DNA from: Gemmatimonadaceae bacterium | Lineage (GTDB): Bacteria; Gemmatimonadota; Gemmatimonadetes; Gemmatimonadales; Gemmatimonadaceae | Assembly: GCA_031359795.1 (NCBI GenBank) | Contig: JANMAM010000021.1 | Coordinates: 8,542 to 72,541, forward strand | Reading direction: 5' to 3' | DNA: 64,000 bases | In this document: positions 38,431 to 47,376 of the stretch, in pieces | How the letters are laid out: every line of letters starts with the position of its first letter | Position numbering within the stretch: position 1 is the stretch's first letter | Translations under genes and position numbers: made by a program | The notes under the pieces: model-generated | What the model saw: only the letters and a program-made list of their open reading frames with translations | Databases searched by the model: none | Told to the model about the DNA's origin: nothing

Positions 38431-39702
38431 ATGGCGACGACGAATGCCGAACGACCCGATCTTCTTCCGGCCCCGCACGCAGCGCGTTCCGCGGCCGGCC
38501 ACGCCGACGCGCACGATCATCCCGCGGCCGCGACGCGGCTCTCGACGATCAGTGGGGAAGGGGCGCTCGACGTCCTGAGCCGTGCGCGCGTCCTCGAGTC
38601 CGAGGGGCGCAACATCGCGCAGCTCGCGATTGGCGAGCCGCAGTTCCCCGTCGCACCGCACATCGTCGACGCAGCGATCACCGCGCTGCAAGAAGGGGAT
38701 GCCCGCTACGGTCCGCCCGCCGGACTGCCCGAGCTTCGGGCGGCCGTCGCTGAAGCGTTAGGCGACCGGCGCATCGCCGCATCGCCCGAGGACGTCATCA
38801 TCACGCCCGGCGCGAAGCCGATGCTGCTCTACGCGTTCCTCGCGACCGTCGAGCCGGGTGCGGAAGTGCTCGTCCCCAATCCTGGTTTCCCGATCTACCC
38901 CTCGCTCAGCCGCTTTACCGGCGGGGTTCCGGTCAGCTACGGCCTCGACGCCGGGCGGGGCTTCGCGCCTAACGTCGACGACATCGCCGCGCGAATCACG
39001 GCGCGTACCCGGGTACTGGTGCTCAATGCTCCGCACAACCCGACCGGTGGCACCATCGACTCGGCTGCACTCGAGCAGGTCGCCGAGCTCGTGCTGCGGC
39101 ACAACCTGATCGTGATCTCCGACGAGATCTACGGGCGCATTGTCTACGACACCGCGACCACACCGAGCATCGCCGCGCTTCCCGGGCTTCGCGACCGCAC
39201 CATCGTGGTCGATGGTTTCTCGAAAACGTATGCAATGACCGGCTGGCGGCTTGGATTCGGGCTGGTTCCGCGCTGGCTGGCCGGTCCGCTCACCACCCTC
39301 GTCGTCAATGGTCACACCTGCACGCCGCCATTCGTTCAGCGCGCCGGGGTCGCCGCGCTCACCGGTCCCCAGCATGCTGTCGATGCGATGGTCGCCGAAC
39401 TCCGAAGCCGGCGCGACGCGGTCGTCGCCGCCCTCCGCGCGATTCCCGGAGTGCGCTGCGCCACCCCCGCCGGCGCGTTCTACGCCTTTCCCGACGTGAC
39501 GGACGTGCTCGCCGCAGCGGGCCTTTCGGCGCGGCAGCTCGCCGACCGGCTGCTCGAGGAGCACGGCGTGGCGCTCCTCCCGGGCACCGGATTCGGTTCC
39601 GACGGCGCCGCGAACCTCCGCATCTCCTTCGCCGGGACCGCGCAGGCGGTCCGCGACGGACTCGATCGTCTCGCCGCGGGCATCGCGGCGGTCACTGCCT
39701 AA
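38431..39702 (+). CDS. Class I/II PLP-dependent aminotransferase (aspartate aminotransferase-like)
   Basis: LAIGEPQFPVAPHI, YGPPAGLPELR, NAPHNPTGG and the PLP-Lys block FSKTYAMTGWRLGF. The start is at ATG 38431, with GGAG 9 nt upstream. The stop TAA lies inside the GCCTAACG motif. Confidence 0.85.
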   Translation: MATTNAERPDLLPAPHAARSAAGHADAHDHPAAATRLSTISGEGALDVLSRARVLESEGRNIAQLAIGEPQFPVAPHIVDAAITALQEGDARYGPPAGLPELRAAVAEALGDRRIAASPEDVIITPGAKPMLLYAFLATVEPGAEVLVPNPGFPIYPSLSRFTGGVPVSYGLDAGRGFAPNVDDIAARITARTRVLVLNAPHNPTGGTIDSAALEQVAELVLRHNLIVISDEIYGRIVYDTATTPSIAALPGLRDRTIVVDGFSKTYAMTGWRLGFGLVPRWLAGPLTTLVVNGHTCTPPFVQRAGVAALTGPQHAVDAMVAELRSRRDAVVAALRAIPGVRCATPAGAFYAFPDVTDVLAAAGLSARQLADRLLEEHGVALLPGTGFGSDGAANLRISFAGTAQAVRDGLDRLAAGIAAVTA

Positions 39703-39720
39703 CGCTCCGGGAAATCGACC

Positions 39721-40683
39721 ATGCCGATCAGCCGCGCTACCGCCCTGCCGCCCGCACCGGCGAAGAAGGTCACCGTCGCCACCCTTGCCGCCCTTCGCGC
39801 GCGGAACGAGAAGGCAGTGTTCGTCACCGCCTACGACTACCCGACCGCGGTGTACGCCGACCGCGCCGGCGTCGATATGCTCCTCGTTGGCGATTCCGCG
39901 GCGATGACCGTCCTCGGCCTTCCCACGACGGTCGGGATCACGCTCGACGAGATGCTCGTCTTCACCCGCGCGGTCTGTCGCGGGGCGAAACGCGCATTCG
40001 TCGTCGGCGATCTGCCGTTCCTTTCCTATCAACCGTCCGACGAGGCGGCGGTCCGGAGCGGCGGCGCATTCATCGCCGCGGGCTGCGACGCGGTCAAGTG
40101 CGAGGGCGGCCAGCGCATCGCTCCCCGTGTCCGCGCGCTCACCGACGCCGGCGTCGCCGTGATGGGGCATATCGGCCTCACCCCGCAGAGCCTCGGTCAA
40201 CTCGGCGGATACCGTGTGCAGGGGAAGACGCTGGCCGCGGTCGAGCGCCTCACGGCCGATGCGCTCGCGCTCCAGGAAGCGGGTGCCTTCTCCGTGCTGC
40301 TCGAGGCCGTCCCCGCCGAGGCGGCGGCCTATCTCCGTGAGCGCGTCGACATCCTCGTCTACGGAATCGGCGCCGGACCCGAGGTCGACGGCCAGCTCGT
40401 CATCTCCAACGACGCGTTAGGCAATTTCGTCGGCGACATCCGCCCGCGATTCGTCAAGCGGTACGCCGACGTCGGCACGGTCGTCGAGGCGTCGTTCCGG
40501 AATTACGCGTCGGACGTCCGCGCCCGGCGCTTCCCGGCCCCCGAACACTGTTACCCGATCGACGCTGCCGAGGAGGAGGCGATCCGCGCCGCCCGGCCCT
40601 CATCGATCGCCGCGGCGGCCTCCGCCGTCGTGCCGGCCGCCGGCACGCCCCCGCTGTCGGCGCGCGCCCTCGCGCGTGCCTGA
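39721..40683 (+). CDS. panB: 3-methyl-2-oxobutanoate hydroxymethyltransferase
   Basis: PanB blocks FVTAYDYPTA, LLVGDSAAMTVLG, VVGDLPF, KCEGG and MGHIGLTPQS. It carries an Ala/Pro-rich C-terminal extension of about 50 aa. Confidence 0.9.
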   Translation: MPISRATALPPAPAKKVTVATLAALRARNEKAVFVTAYDYPTAVYADRAGVDMLLVGDSAAMTVLGLPTTVGITLDEMLVFTRAVCRGAKRAFVVGDLPFLSYQPSDEAAVRSGGAFIAAGCDAVKCEGGQRIAPRVRALTDAGVAVMGHIGLTPQSLGQLGGYRVQGKTLAAVERLTADALALQEAGAFSVLLEAVPAEAAAYLRERVDILVYGIGAGPEVDGQLVISNDALGNFVGDIRPRFVKRYADVGTVVEASFRNYASDVRARRFPAPEHCYPIDAAEEEAIRAARPSSIAAAASAVVPAAGTPPLSARALARA

Positions 40684-40746
40684 ACGATCGAGCAACGCGC
40701 CCGCCCCAGTGCAATCATTCATCATCGCACCATCCGAGGTTTCCAA

Positions 40747-41019
40747 ATGGCAGTCACTCTTCATCTCCCGACCATTCTCGCCAAGCTCGCCCCCTCGCGC
40801 GCGATCGAGGCGAACGGCGCGACCGTCGGCGAAGTCGTCTCGGAGATCGCGGGCCGCTACCCGGCGCTCGCGCCGCGGCTGCGTGACGAGCATGGCAATC
40901 CGTATCCGTTCGTCACCTTCTATCTGAACGACGAGGACATCCGCTTCCACGGCGGCTTCGCCGCCGTCGTCGCCGATGGTGACGAGATCGCGGTCGTCCC
41001 GGCGATCGCGGGGGGCTGA
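40747..41019 (+). CDS. MoaD/ThiS-family ubiquitin-like sulfur-carrier protein (ends in Gly-Gly)
   Basis: 90 aa with a beta-grasp-like pattern. The C-terminus ...DEIAVVPAIAGG is followed directly by the stop. It lies immediately upstream of the E1-like adenylyltransferase gene. Confidence 0.8.
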   Translation: MAVTLHLPTILAKLAPSRAIEANGATVGEVVSEIAGRYPALAPRLRDEHGNPYPFVTFYLNDEDIRFHGGFAAVVADGDEIAVVPAIAGG

Positions 41020-41022
41020 ACG

Positions 41023-42204
41023 ATGAGCGCCACCAATGGAGCCGGCGCCGCCCGCGCCGATCTTCCCGAACTCTCCTCCGACGAGATCCTCCGCTACAGC
41101 CGCCACCTCATCCTCCCCGAGGTCGGTCTCCACGGCCAGCGCCGGCTCAAGGCGGCCCGTGTGCTGCTCATCGGCGCCGGCGGGCTCGGCTCGCCCCTCG
41201 CGCTCTACCTCGCGGCGGCCGGCGTTGGAACGTTAGGGCTGGTCGATTTCGACGTGGTCGATGCGAGCAACCTCCAGCGCCAGATCCTGCACGGAACGCG
41301 GGACATCGGCCGCTCCAAGCTCGCGTCGGCGCGCGAGCGGATCCACGACGTCAATCCGCACGTCCACCTCGAGGGGTACGAGACAAAGCTGACCAGCGCC
41401 AACGCGCTCGAGATCGCGCGTGACTATGACGTCGTCGTCGACGGCACCGACAACTTCCAGACGCGCTACCTGACCAACGACCTCTGCGTAATACTCGGCA
41501 AGCCTAACGTCTACGGAAGCATCTTCCGCTTCGAGGGACAGGCGAGCGTCTTCGCGACCGCTGACGGGCCGTGCTACCGCTGCCTCTATCCCGAGCCGCC
41601 ACCGCCCGGGCTGGTCCCGAGCTGCGCCGAGGGCGGCGTGCTCGGCGTGCTCCCCGGTCTGGTCGGGACCATCCAGGCCACCGAGACCCTCAAGCTGCTG
41701 CTCGGCATCGGTGACGGCCTGGTCGGTCGCCTGCTGACCATCGACACGCTCACGATGCAGTTCCGGACCCTCAAGCTCCGCAAGGATCCGGACTGCCCGG
41801 CGTGCGGCACGCGCGAGATCCGCGAACTGATCGACTACGATCAGTTCTGCGGCGTGGGACCGAGTGCACCGTCCGAGACCGCCGATCTCGCCGAGCTCAC
41901 GCCGTCCGAGCTCGCGGCGAAGCTCGAGCGCGGCGATGATTTCGACCTGATCGACGTCCGTGAGCCGCACGAGTGGACGATCGCCCACATTCCCGGCGCC
42001 CGTCTCGTGCCGTTAGGCACGGTCGGCGAGGCGATCGCGACGCTCAATCCGGCGCGCGAAATCGTCGTCCATTGCAAGGCGGGCGGACGGAGCGCGAAAG
42101 CGGTTCGGCAGCTCCAGGCCGCCGGCTTCGCCCGGGTCCGCAACCTCGCCGGCGGAATCCTCCGCTGGAGCGACGACGTCGATCCGAAAGTCCCGAAATA
42201 CTGA
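41023..42204 (+). CDS. MoeB/ThiF/MoeZ-type adenylyltransferase with C-terminal rhodanese domain
   Basis: RYSRHLILPEVGLHGQRRL and the nucleotide loop LIGAGGLGSPLALYLAAAGVG. CxxC pairs CYRC and CPAC are present, with a rhodanese active-site loop HCKAGGRS. Confidence 0.9.
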   Translation: MSATNGAGAARADLPELSSDEILRYSRHLILPEVGLHGQRRLKAARVLLIGAGGLGSPLALYLAAAGVGTLGLVDFDVVDASNLQRQILHGTRDIGRSKLASARERIHDVNPHVHLEGYETKLTSANALEIARDYDVVVDGTDNFQTRYLTNDLCVILGKPNVYGSIFRFEGQASVFATADGPCYRCLYPEPPPPGLVPSCAEGGVLGVLPGLVGTIQATETLKLLLGIGDGLVGRLLTIDTLTMQFRTLKLRKDPDCPACGTREIRELIDYDQFCGVGPSAPSETADLAELTPSELAAKLERGDDFDLIDVREPHEWTIAHIPGARLVPLGTVGEAIATLNPAREIVVHCKAGGRSAKAVRQLQAAGFARVRNLAGGILRWSDDVDPKVPKY

Positions 42205-42215
42205 GTGAGACAGCG

Positions 42216-43526
42216 ATGACGCACGCCGCCGACTTCTCCATCGAGACCGATGTTCCGCGCCATGCGGCGCTCCGCGCGCTGCCGCAGCGTTGCAAGCTAT
42301 GCGGTGTCGAGCAGGACGCCGCACCGGTCGCGATCTGCGAGCATTGCCTCGGTCCGCTCGAGCCGATGCATGCGAGGAACCGCGTGCTCCCCAGCCGGGC
42401 AACCATCGAGTCGCGCCGGCCGTCGCTCTGGCGCTATCGCGAGTGGCTTCCCTTCGACTGGAGCGATCTGCCTGTCGGCGCCGAGCCTGACGTGCTCTCG
42501 CCTGACACTGGCTTCACGCCGCTGGTCGATGCGCCACGGCTCGCCGCTCGACTGGGTGTTGCAAGAGCATGGATCAAGAACGACGCGGTGTCGCATCCCA
42601 CCCTGTCGTTCAAGGATCGTGTCGTCAGCACCGCGATCAATGCGGCACGCTCGTTCGGACTCGAGACCATCGGCTGCGCGTCCACCGGCAACCTCGCGAA
42701 CGCCGTCGCCGCGCACGCGGCGCGAGCCGGCATGCAGGCCTGGATCTTCATCCCCGAGGATCTCGAGGAAGGAAAGGTGCTTGGCACCTTGGTCTATGGA
42801 CCAAATCTCGTGCGCATCCGCGGGCATTACGACGACGTGAACCGGCTCTGCGCGCAGCTCGCCGATCGCTTCGGGTGGGGTATCGTCAACGTCAACCTGC
42901 GCGGCTATTACGGCGAAGGCTCGAAGACGATGGCGTTCGAGATCGCCGAGCAGCTCGGCTGGCGCTTGCCTGACGCGGTGATCGCGCCGATGGCCGGGGG
43001 GTCGCTGCTGACGAAACTGCGCAAGGGATTCGCGGAGTTTGAGGCCGCGGGCCTGGTCGAGGGAGCGCTCCCGCGCATGTACGGCGCACAGGCCGAAGGT
43101 TGCGCGCCGATCGTCAGGCTGTTCGAGAGCGGCGGCGGCACGCTCGTGCCGGAGACGCCGCGCACAATCGCCCGATCGATCGCGATCGGCAATCCCGCCG
43201 ACGGCACGTTTGCGGTCGAGGCGATGCGCGAATCCGGCGGCTGGGCGCAGGCCGTCAGCGACGAAGCGCTCATCGAAGGGATCCGGGTTCTCGCCACGAC
43301 CACCGGTGTCTTCACCGAGACCGCCGGCGGCGTGACCATCGCCGCCGCGCTCGCCCTCGCCGCGAGCGGCCGGTTCAGGCCCGAAGACGAGATCGTCCTC
43401 TGCATCACCGGCAACGGCCTGAAAACCACCGACGCCGTGCGCGACGCTCTGCCACCCGCGCCGCTCGTGAACGCCAAAGTCCGCGAGGTCGCGGCGCTCG
43501 TCGAAGCGGCAGGCATCAGCCATTAG
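42216..43526 (+). CDS. Threonine-synthase-family PLP enzyme with N-terminal zinc ribbon
   Basis: N-terminal CKLCG...CEHC. PLP-Lys block HPTLSFKDRV, then CASTGNLANAVAAHAARAG, typical of the ThrC family (PLP fold type II). The start is at ATG 42216, 11 nt after the MoeZ-like stop. Confidence 0.8.
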   Translation: MTHAADFSIETDVPRHAALRALPQRCKLCGVEQDAAPVAICEHCLGPLEPMHARNRVLPSRATIESRRPSLWRYREWLPFDWSDLPVGAEPDVLSPDTGFTPLVDAPRLAARLGVARAWIKNDAVSHPTLSFKDRVVSTAINAARSFGLETIGCASTGNLANAVAAHAARAGMQAWIFIPEDLEEGKVLGTLVYGPNLVRIRGHYDDVNRLCAQLADRFGWGIVNVNLRGYYGEGSKTMAFEIAEQLGWRLPDAVIAPMAGGSLLTKLRKGFAEFEAAGLVEGALPRMYGAQAEGCAPIVRLFESGGGTLVPETPRTIARSIAIGNPADGTFAVEAMRESGGWAQAVSDEALIEGIRVLATTTGVFTETAGGVTIAAALALAASGRFRPEDEIVLCITGNGLKTTDAVRDALPPAPLVNAKVREVAALVEAAGISH

Positions 43527-43592
43527 CCTTTAGCAGGGAGGGACTGCGGTCAACGCAGTCGCTCAACGCTAATGGCTAATGGCTAATAGCTG
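43515..43592 (+). repeat. Intergenic element copy B: hairpin plus (GCTAATG)2 GCTAATA repeat
   Basis: It starts in the last codons of the ThrC-like gene (ATCAGCCATTAGCCTTTAGCAG). A 7-bp stem lies at 43542-43560. Then CTCAACGCTAATGGCTAATGGCTAATAGCTG, with the tandem repeat at 43568-43591. The 5' AGCCATTAGCC is the reverse complement of the GGCTAATGGCT repeat unit. Confidence 0.75.
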
Positions 43593-43594
43593 AC

Positions 43595-43620
43595 GGCCGA
43601 CACGGAAGTCGGCGTTTGTT
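43595..43620 (+). terminator. Putative intrinsic terminator after the ThrC-like gene
   Basis: GCCGAC-acggaa-GTCGGC stem-loop followed by the T-rich run GTTTGTT. Confidence 0.5.
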
Positions 43621-43789
43621 CGGGGATTCGACATCAGGCGCCGCAACCTTTAAAAAGCGCCGAAAGGCCGTGACTTACCCCCCTCCAGGACCGTCCAACC
43701 TGTAACGAACCCTCGACGGCGCTGCTACGCCGTGACGCCAGCGACGACGCTGCGCGCTCGCGGATGCGCCGCCCCTTTGCACGATACCG

Positions 43790-44701
43790 ATGACCTTCGC
43801 GGTCCGCGCCACCGAACATCGTTCCCGACCGGATTCGCGTCAGCGAGCCGGCGATGTCGTCAGCGAACTCGCTCGCGTGTACGCCGCGCGGATGAACGAC
43901 TGCGCCTTCGCCAATGCCCTGCGTGAGCGTCGAATCAGTCGCGAACAGTGGATTGCCTTCATCAGCGCCCTGTATCCGGCGGTGGTCGGGTTCAATCGCG
44001 CGCTCATTCTCAGCATCGCCAAGGTCGACCACGTCCGTAACTCCGTGTTTCTCGGCGCACTCGCCGAGCAGCTCAAGGAGGAACAGGCGCACAATCAACT
44101 GTGGCGCGTCAAGCTCGCGCGCTTCGGCGTCGACCACGAGCGGATGTATTCCGACCTCGAGGCGTACCACGCCCGCTTCACGGCCGCGGAGCTCGATGAG
44201 ATGACCGCGAAGACGCTTGCCGCGGTCACCGACGACCTGTCGCGCGGCGCGGAAGGAAACTTCCCCGATGCGATCTTCCCCGATGCAGTGCTGGCCCTCT
44301 GCCACCTGCTCGGCACGAGCGCGACGCACGAGGAAGTTGGCTACTGGGAGCACTTCGCCAGTCAGGCCGGCATCGAGATGGTCATCTGGGGCGTCACCTC
44401 GACGACCGTCCTTCCCGGCGTGCTCGGGAACCCGGAGATCGACCTCGGTCCCGATACCACGCAGTGGCTGCGCGAACACGGCCAGCTGGCCGGGGTGAAG
44501 AGCGATGTCCGGACGGATGAGGAGAAGCACCTCGACCTGTCACGGATCGCGCTCAATCGGAGCGAAGAGGCGAACGCGGATGTCGCGCTCGTCGGCGCCC
44601 GTGCCGAAAGCGCGATGCGGCTGTTCGCCGCCAGCTTCATTTGCCAGGATCAGGCGATCGGCAGCTTCCCGCTCAGTCGCTACCGGGAACGCGCCGCCTG
44701 A
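43790..44701 (+). CDS. Hypothetical protein, possibly heme-oxygenase-like / iron-containing redox enzyme fold
   Basis: The + frame has realistic composition and high GC3, and the antisense ORF 43634-44530 looks like a shadow. It is helical with an EEQAHNQLW (ExxH-like) motif. The family assignment is tentative. Confidence 0.5.
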   Translation: MTFAVRATEHRSRPDSRQRAGDVVSELARVYAARMNDCAFANALRERRISREQWIAFISALYPAVVGFNRALILSIAKVDHVRNSVFLGALAEQLKEEQAHNQLWRVKLARFGVDHERMYSDLEAYHARFTAAELDEMTAKTLAAVTDDLSRGAEGNFPDAIFPDAVLALCHLLGTSATHEEVGYWEHFASQAGIEMVIWGVTSTTVLPGVLGNPEIDLGPDTTQWLREHGQLAGVKSDVRTDEEKHLDLSRIALNRSEEANADVALVGARAESAMRLFAASFICQDQAIGSFPLSRYRERAA

Positions 44702-44705
44702 CCGA

Positions 44706-46640
44706 ATGAACCCCTTCGACCTGCTTCGATCCACCCGCGGCGCGCCACCACTGACGCCGGTTGAGGCGCCAGCAGGGGATCTCGCCGCCTACTCGCCGGA
44801 CGCGCTCCTCGCGTTAGGCGTGGACGGGGCGATCGTGCAGGCGAACGCCGCCGCGATCGACCTCTTCGGCAAGCCGCTCGAAAAGATGAAGGGGCAGAAG
44901 CTCGAGGCGATGCTCGACGAGCCGCCCGCTGTCACCGGCAGCAACGTCAAATGGGACGGCCCCCGCGCCGGCAACGGGACTGGCCACGGTGCCTCGAACA
45001 ACGCCCCAGGCCGCGCCCATCGCTACGACGCGAAGATCACTCGCTCGCGCGGCGACGAGCGCATCGTCTCGGTCGTGACCGGGCCACTCCGCATCAGCGA
45101 GGACGAAGGCGCCGCACTCGGCACGATCGTATCGCTGCGTGACGTCAGCGAAGAACGCCGTTCGGTCGAGGAACTCGCGCGGTCGGAGTCGCGGTATCGC
45201 CATCTGTTCGAGGGCGCGAACGACGCGATCATGACGTTCGACTCGATGGGCCGCTTCACCACCGTCAACGACGCCGGCGAAGTGCTCTCGGGCTACGCTC
45301 GCGAAGAGCTCATCGGCCGATTCTTCGGACCATTGCTGGCGATGGAAGCGCTGCCGCGGGCGATCATCGAGTTCCGCCGCGCCCTCTCCGGCAACGTCGG
45401 GCACTTCGAGACAGTGATCGTTCGCAAGGACGGCGAGCGTCGCTACATGACGGTGAACTACGCCTGCCCGCAGCGCAGTCGCGAAGTGCTCTGCGTCATT
45501 CGCGATGCAACCGAGGAGAAGCGGCTGCAGCAGCAGCTCATTCAATCCGAGAAGATGGCGGCGATTGGTCAGCTCGTGAGCGGTGTCGCGCACGAAGTGA
45601 ACAACCCGCTCGCCAGCATCTCGGCGTTCGCGCAGCTGATGATGGCCGATCGCTCGCTCAAGCCGGACCAGCGCCACTCGATGGAAGTCATCAGCGGCGA
45701 AGCCCGTCGCGCGGCGCGCATCGTCCACAACCTCCTCACCTTCGCTCGCCAGCACAAGTCGGAGAAGACACTCGCCGACATCAACCGGGTGGTCGAGGAT
45801 ACGTTGGAGTTGCGGTCGTACGAGCTCAACGTCCGCGGTATCCGCATCGAGCGCGAGTTCGACGTCGAGCCGCCCGAGACGATGGTCGACGTCTACCAGC
45901 TGCAGCAGGTCGTCCTCAACCTGATCACCAACGCCGAACAGGCGATGGCATCGGTTGACCGGCCGCACCACCGCCTGACGCTGCGCTGCCGCATCCAGGG
46001 CGACACGGTGCGCATCGAAGTCGAGGACACCGGCCCGGGAATTCCGCCCGAGTCGCTCGACGTGATCTTCAACCCGTTCTTCACGACGAAGCCGACCGGC
46101 CAGGGCACTGGGCTCGGCCTCTCCATATCGTTAGGCATCGTCAGCGAGCACGGCGGCCGGATCTGGGCCGAGCGCGCGACCCCTGGCGCGCGGTTCTGCA
46201 TCGAGCTGCCGTTGATCACGACCGGCAAGCGCGCAGCGCCGCCTGTGGCGCACGTCCCCGCGCCGAACAGCCCGGCGCTCCGTATCCTCGTCGTCGACGA
46301 CGAAGAGCCGATCCGGATGGCGCTCGAGCGATTCCTCACCGGTGCGGGCCATGAAGTCGTCACGGTCAGCAGCGGTAGCGAGGCGATCTGGCGTGGCGAA
46401 GGCGACGAAGTATTCGATGCCGTTCTCCTCGACATGCGCATGCCCGACGTCTCCGGCCAGCAGATCTTCCAGCGTTGGAGCGCCGACCGCCCCGATCTCG
46501 CCGAGCGCGTCGTATTCCTCACCGGCGACATCGTCAGCGCCGACCTGCAGCAGTTCCTCAACTCGACCGGCCGCCCGTTCCTCCCCAAGCCCTTCGAGTT
46601 CAACGACGTCGTCCGCGCACTGCCCGGCCGTCGCAAGTAG
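44706..46640 (+). CDS. Hybrid sensor histidine kinase (PAS-PAS-HisKA-HATPase-REC)
   Basis: Two PAS-like regions, H-box VSGVAHEVNNPL, and HATPase boxes NLITNAEQA, DTGPGIP and GTGLGLSISLG. The C-terminal receiver reads ILVVDDEEPI ... LLDMRMPD ... PKPF. The start is at ATG 44706, just after the previous stop. Confidence 0.9.
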   Translation: MNPFDLLRSTRGAPPLTPVEAPAGDLAAYSPDALLALGVDGAIVQANAAAIDLFGKPLEKMKGQKLEAMLDEPPAVTGSNVKWDGPRAGNGTGHGASNNAPGRAHRYDAKITRSRGDERIVSVVTGPLRISEDEGAALGTIVSLRDVSEERRSVEELARSESRYRHLFEGANDAIMTFDSMGRFTTVNDAGEVLSGYAREELIGRFFGPLLAMEALPRAIIEFRRALSGNVGHFETVIVRKDGERRYMTVNYACPQRSREVLCVIRDATEEKRLQQQLIQSEKMAAIGQLVSGVAHEVNNPLASISAFAQLMMADRSLKPDQRHSMEVISGEARRAARIVHNLLTFARQHKSEKTLADINRVVEDTLELRSYELNVRGIRIEREFDVEPPETMVDVYQLQQVVLNLITNAEQAMASVDRPHHRLTLRCRIQGDTVRIEVEDTGPGIPPESLDVIFNPFFTTKPTGQGTGLGLSISLGIVSEHGGRIWAERATPGARFCIELPLITTGKRAAPPVAHVPAPNSPALRILVVDDEEPIRMALERFLTGAGHEVVTVSSGSEAIWRGEGDEVFDAVLLDMRMPDVSGQQIFQRWSADRPDLAERVVFLTGDIVSADLQQFLNSTGRPFLPKPFEFNDVVRALPGRRK

Positions 46641-46752
46641 CGGGCAGCTCGGGCATCAGGCAGTTGGCGCATCGTGAGCCAAGCATCGGCGCGGCCCGCC
46701 GTTTGCTTTTGTCGCGGCCTCTGACTCACCATCAACCGCGACCCGACGCACC

Positions 46753-47244
46753 ATGGAACTCGAGACCCTGAAGGACCTCTACATCGAGGGGCTGAAGGAC
46801 CTGTACAGCGCTGAGAACCAGATTCTCAAGGCGCTGCCGCAGATGATCAAGAAGTCTTCGCATTCCTCGTTGAAGAAGGCATTCACCGCGCACGAGCGGC
46901 AGACGCGCCAGCAGGTGAAGCGCCTCGAGCGGATCTGCAAGGACCTCGGCGTCTCCCCCAAGGGGAAGAAGTGCGAGGGCATGGAAGGGCTGATCAAGGA
47001 GGCGAAGGAGTTGATCAAGGAACGCCCGGACAAGGACGTCCTCGACGCCGGCCTCATCGCCGCCGCGCAGCATGTCGAGCACTACGAGATGGCCGGCTAC
47101 GGCTGCGTGCGTACCTACGCGCGGACCCTTGGCTTCGCCGCGCAGGCCGACCTGCTCCAGCAGACGCTCGACGAAGAGGGCGATACCGACAAGCTGCTCA
47201 CCGTGATCGCCGAGTCGAGCGTGAACATCGACGCCGAAGAGTAG
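46753..47244 (+). CDS. DUF892 (YciE/YciF-like) ferritin-like protein
   Basis: MELETLKDLYIEGLKDLYSAENQILKALPQM ... HVEHYEMAGYG matches the DUF892 family pattern. Its G+C is locally lower than its neighbours. Confidence 0.85.
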   Translation: MELETLKDLYIEGLKDLYSAENQILKALPQMIKKSSHSSLKKAFTAHERQTRQQVKRLERICKDLGVSPKGKKCEGMEGLIKEAKELIKERPDKDVLDAGLIAAAQHVEHYEMAGYGCVRTYARTLGFAAQADLLQQTLDEEGDTDKLLTVIAESSVNIDAEE

Positions 47245-47318
47245 GCCGCGGGAATTCCGCCCGGAGTGCAGGGGCGGCGCCATCGAGCGTTAGGCGGCTA
47301 CCTTGAGGCAGGACGACG

Positions 47319-47353
47319 AAGCGGCGGTGAGGGTTGAACCCTCACCGCCGCTT
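47319..47353. terminator. Perfect 15-bp hairpin between convergent genes (possible bidirectional terminator, no U-tract)
   Basis: AAGCGGCGGTGAGGG-ttgaa-CCCTCACCGCCGCTT lies between the DUF892 gene end (47244) and the lipoprotein gene end (47377). Confidence 0.55.
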
Positions 47354-47376
47354 GCCGTCCGGGCGACGTCCCGCCG

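Noticed and set aside
38758-40200. Long antisense ORFs opposite the aminotransferase/panB genes (38758-40200), the ThrC-like gene (42297-43523), the hybrid kinase (44814-45971), SusC (33879-35630), the S9 peptidase (49497-50531), the M28 peptidase (62648-63676) and the RND gene (55048-56139).
   Set aside because: All have shadow-type composition, and the opposite strand carries strong family motifs in each case.
23704-43592. The two directly oriented TAATGGC elements as att-like borders of a 19.8-kb mobile island.
   Set aside because: There is no integrase, recombinase or tRNA. The gene content is ordinary metabolism. A third related element lies inside the segment, which fits a dispersed repeat family better.
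43634-44530. A minus-strand 298-aa ORF as an alternative to the + strand gene at 43790-44701.
   Set aside because: The + frame has balanced amino-acid composition (K, N, F, Y, W, I present) and high GC3. The minus frame is R/G/D/A-rich.
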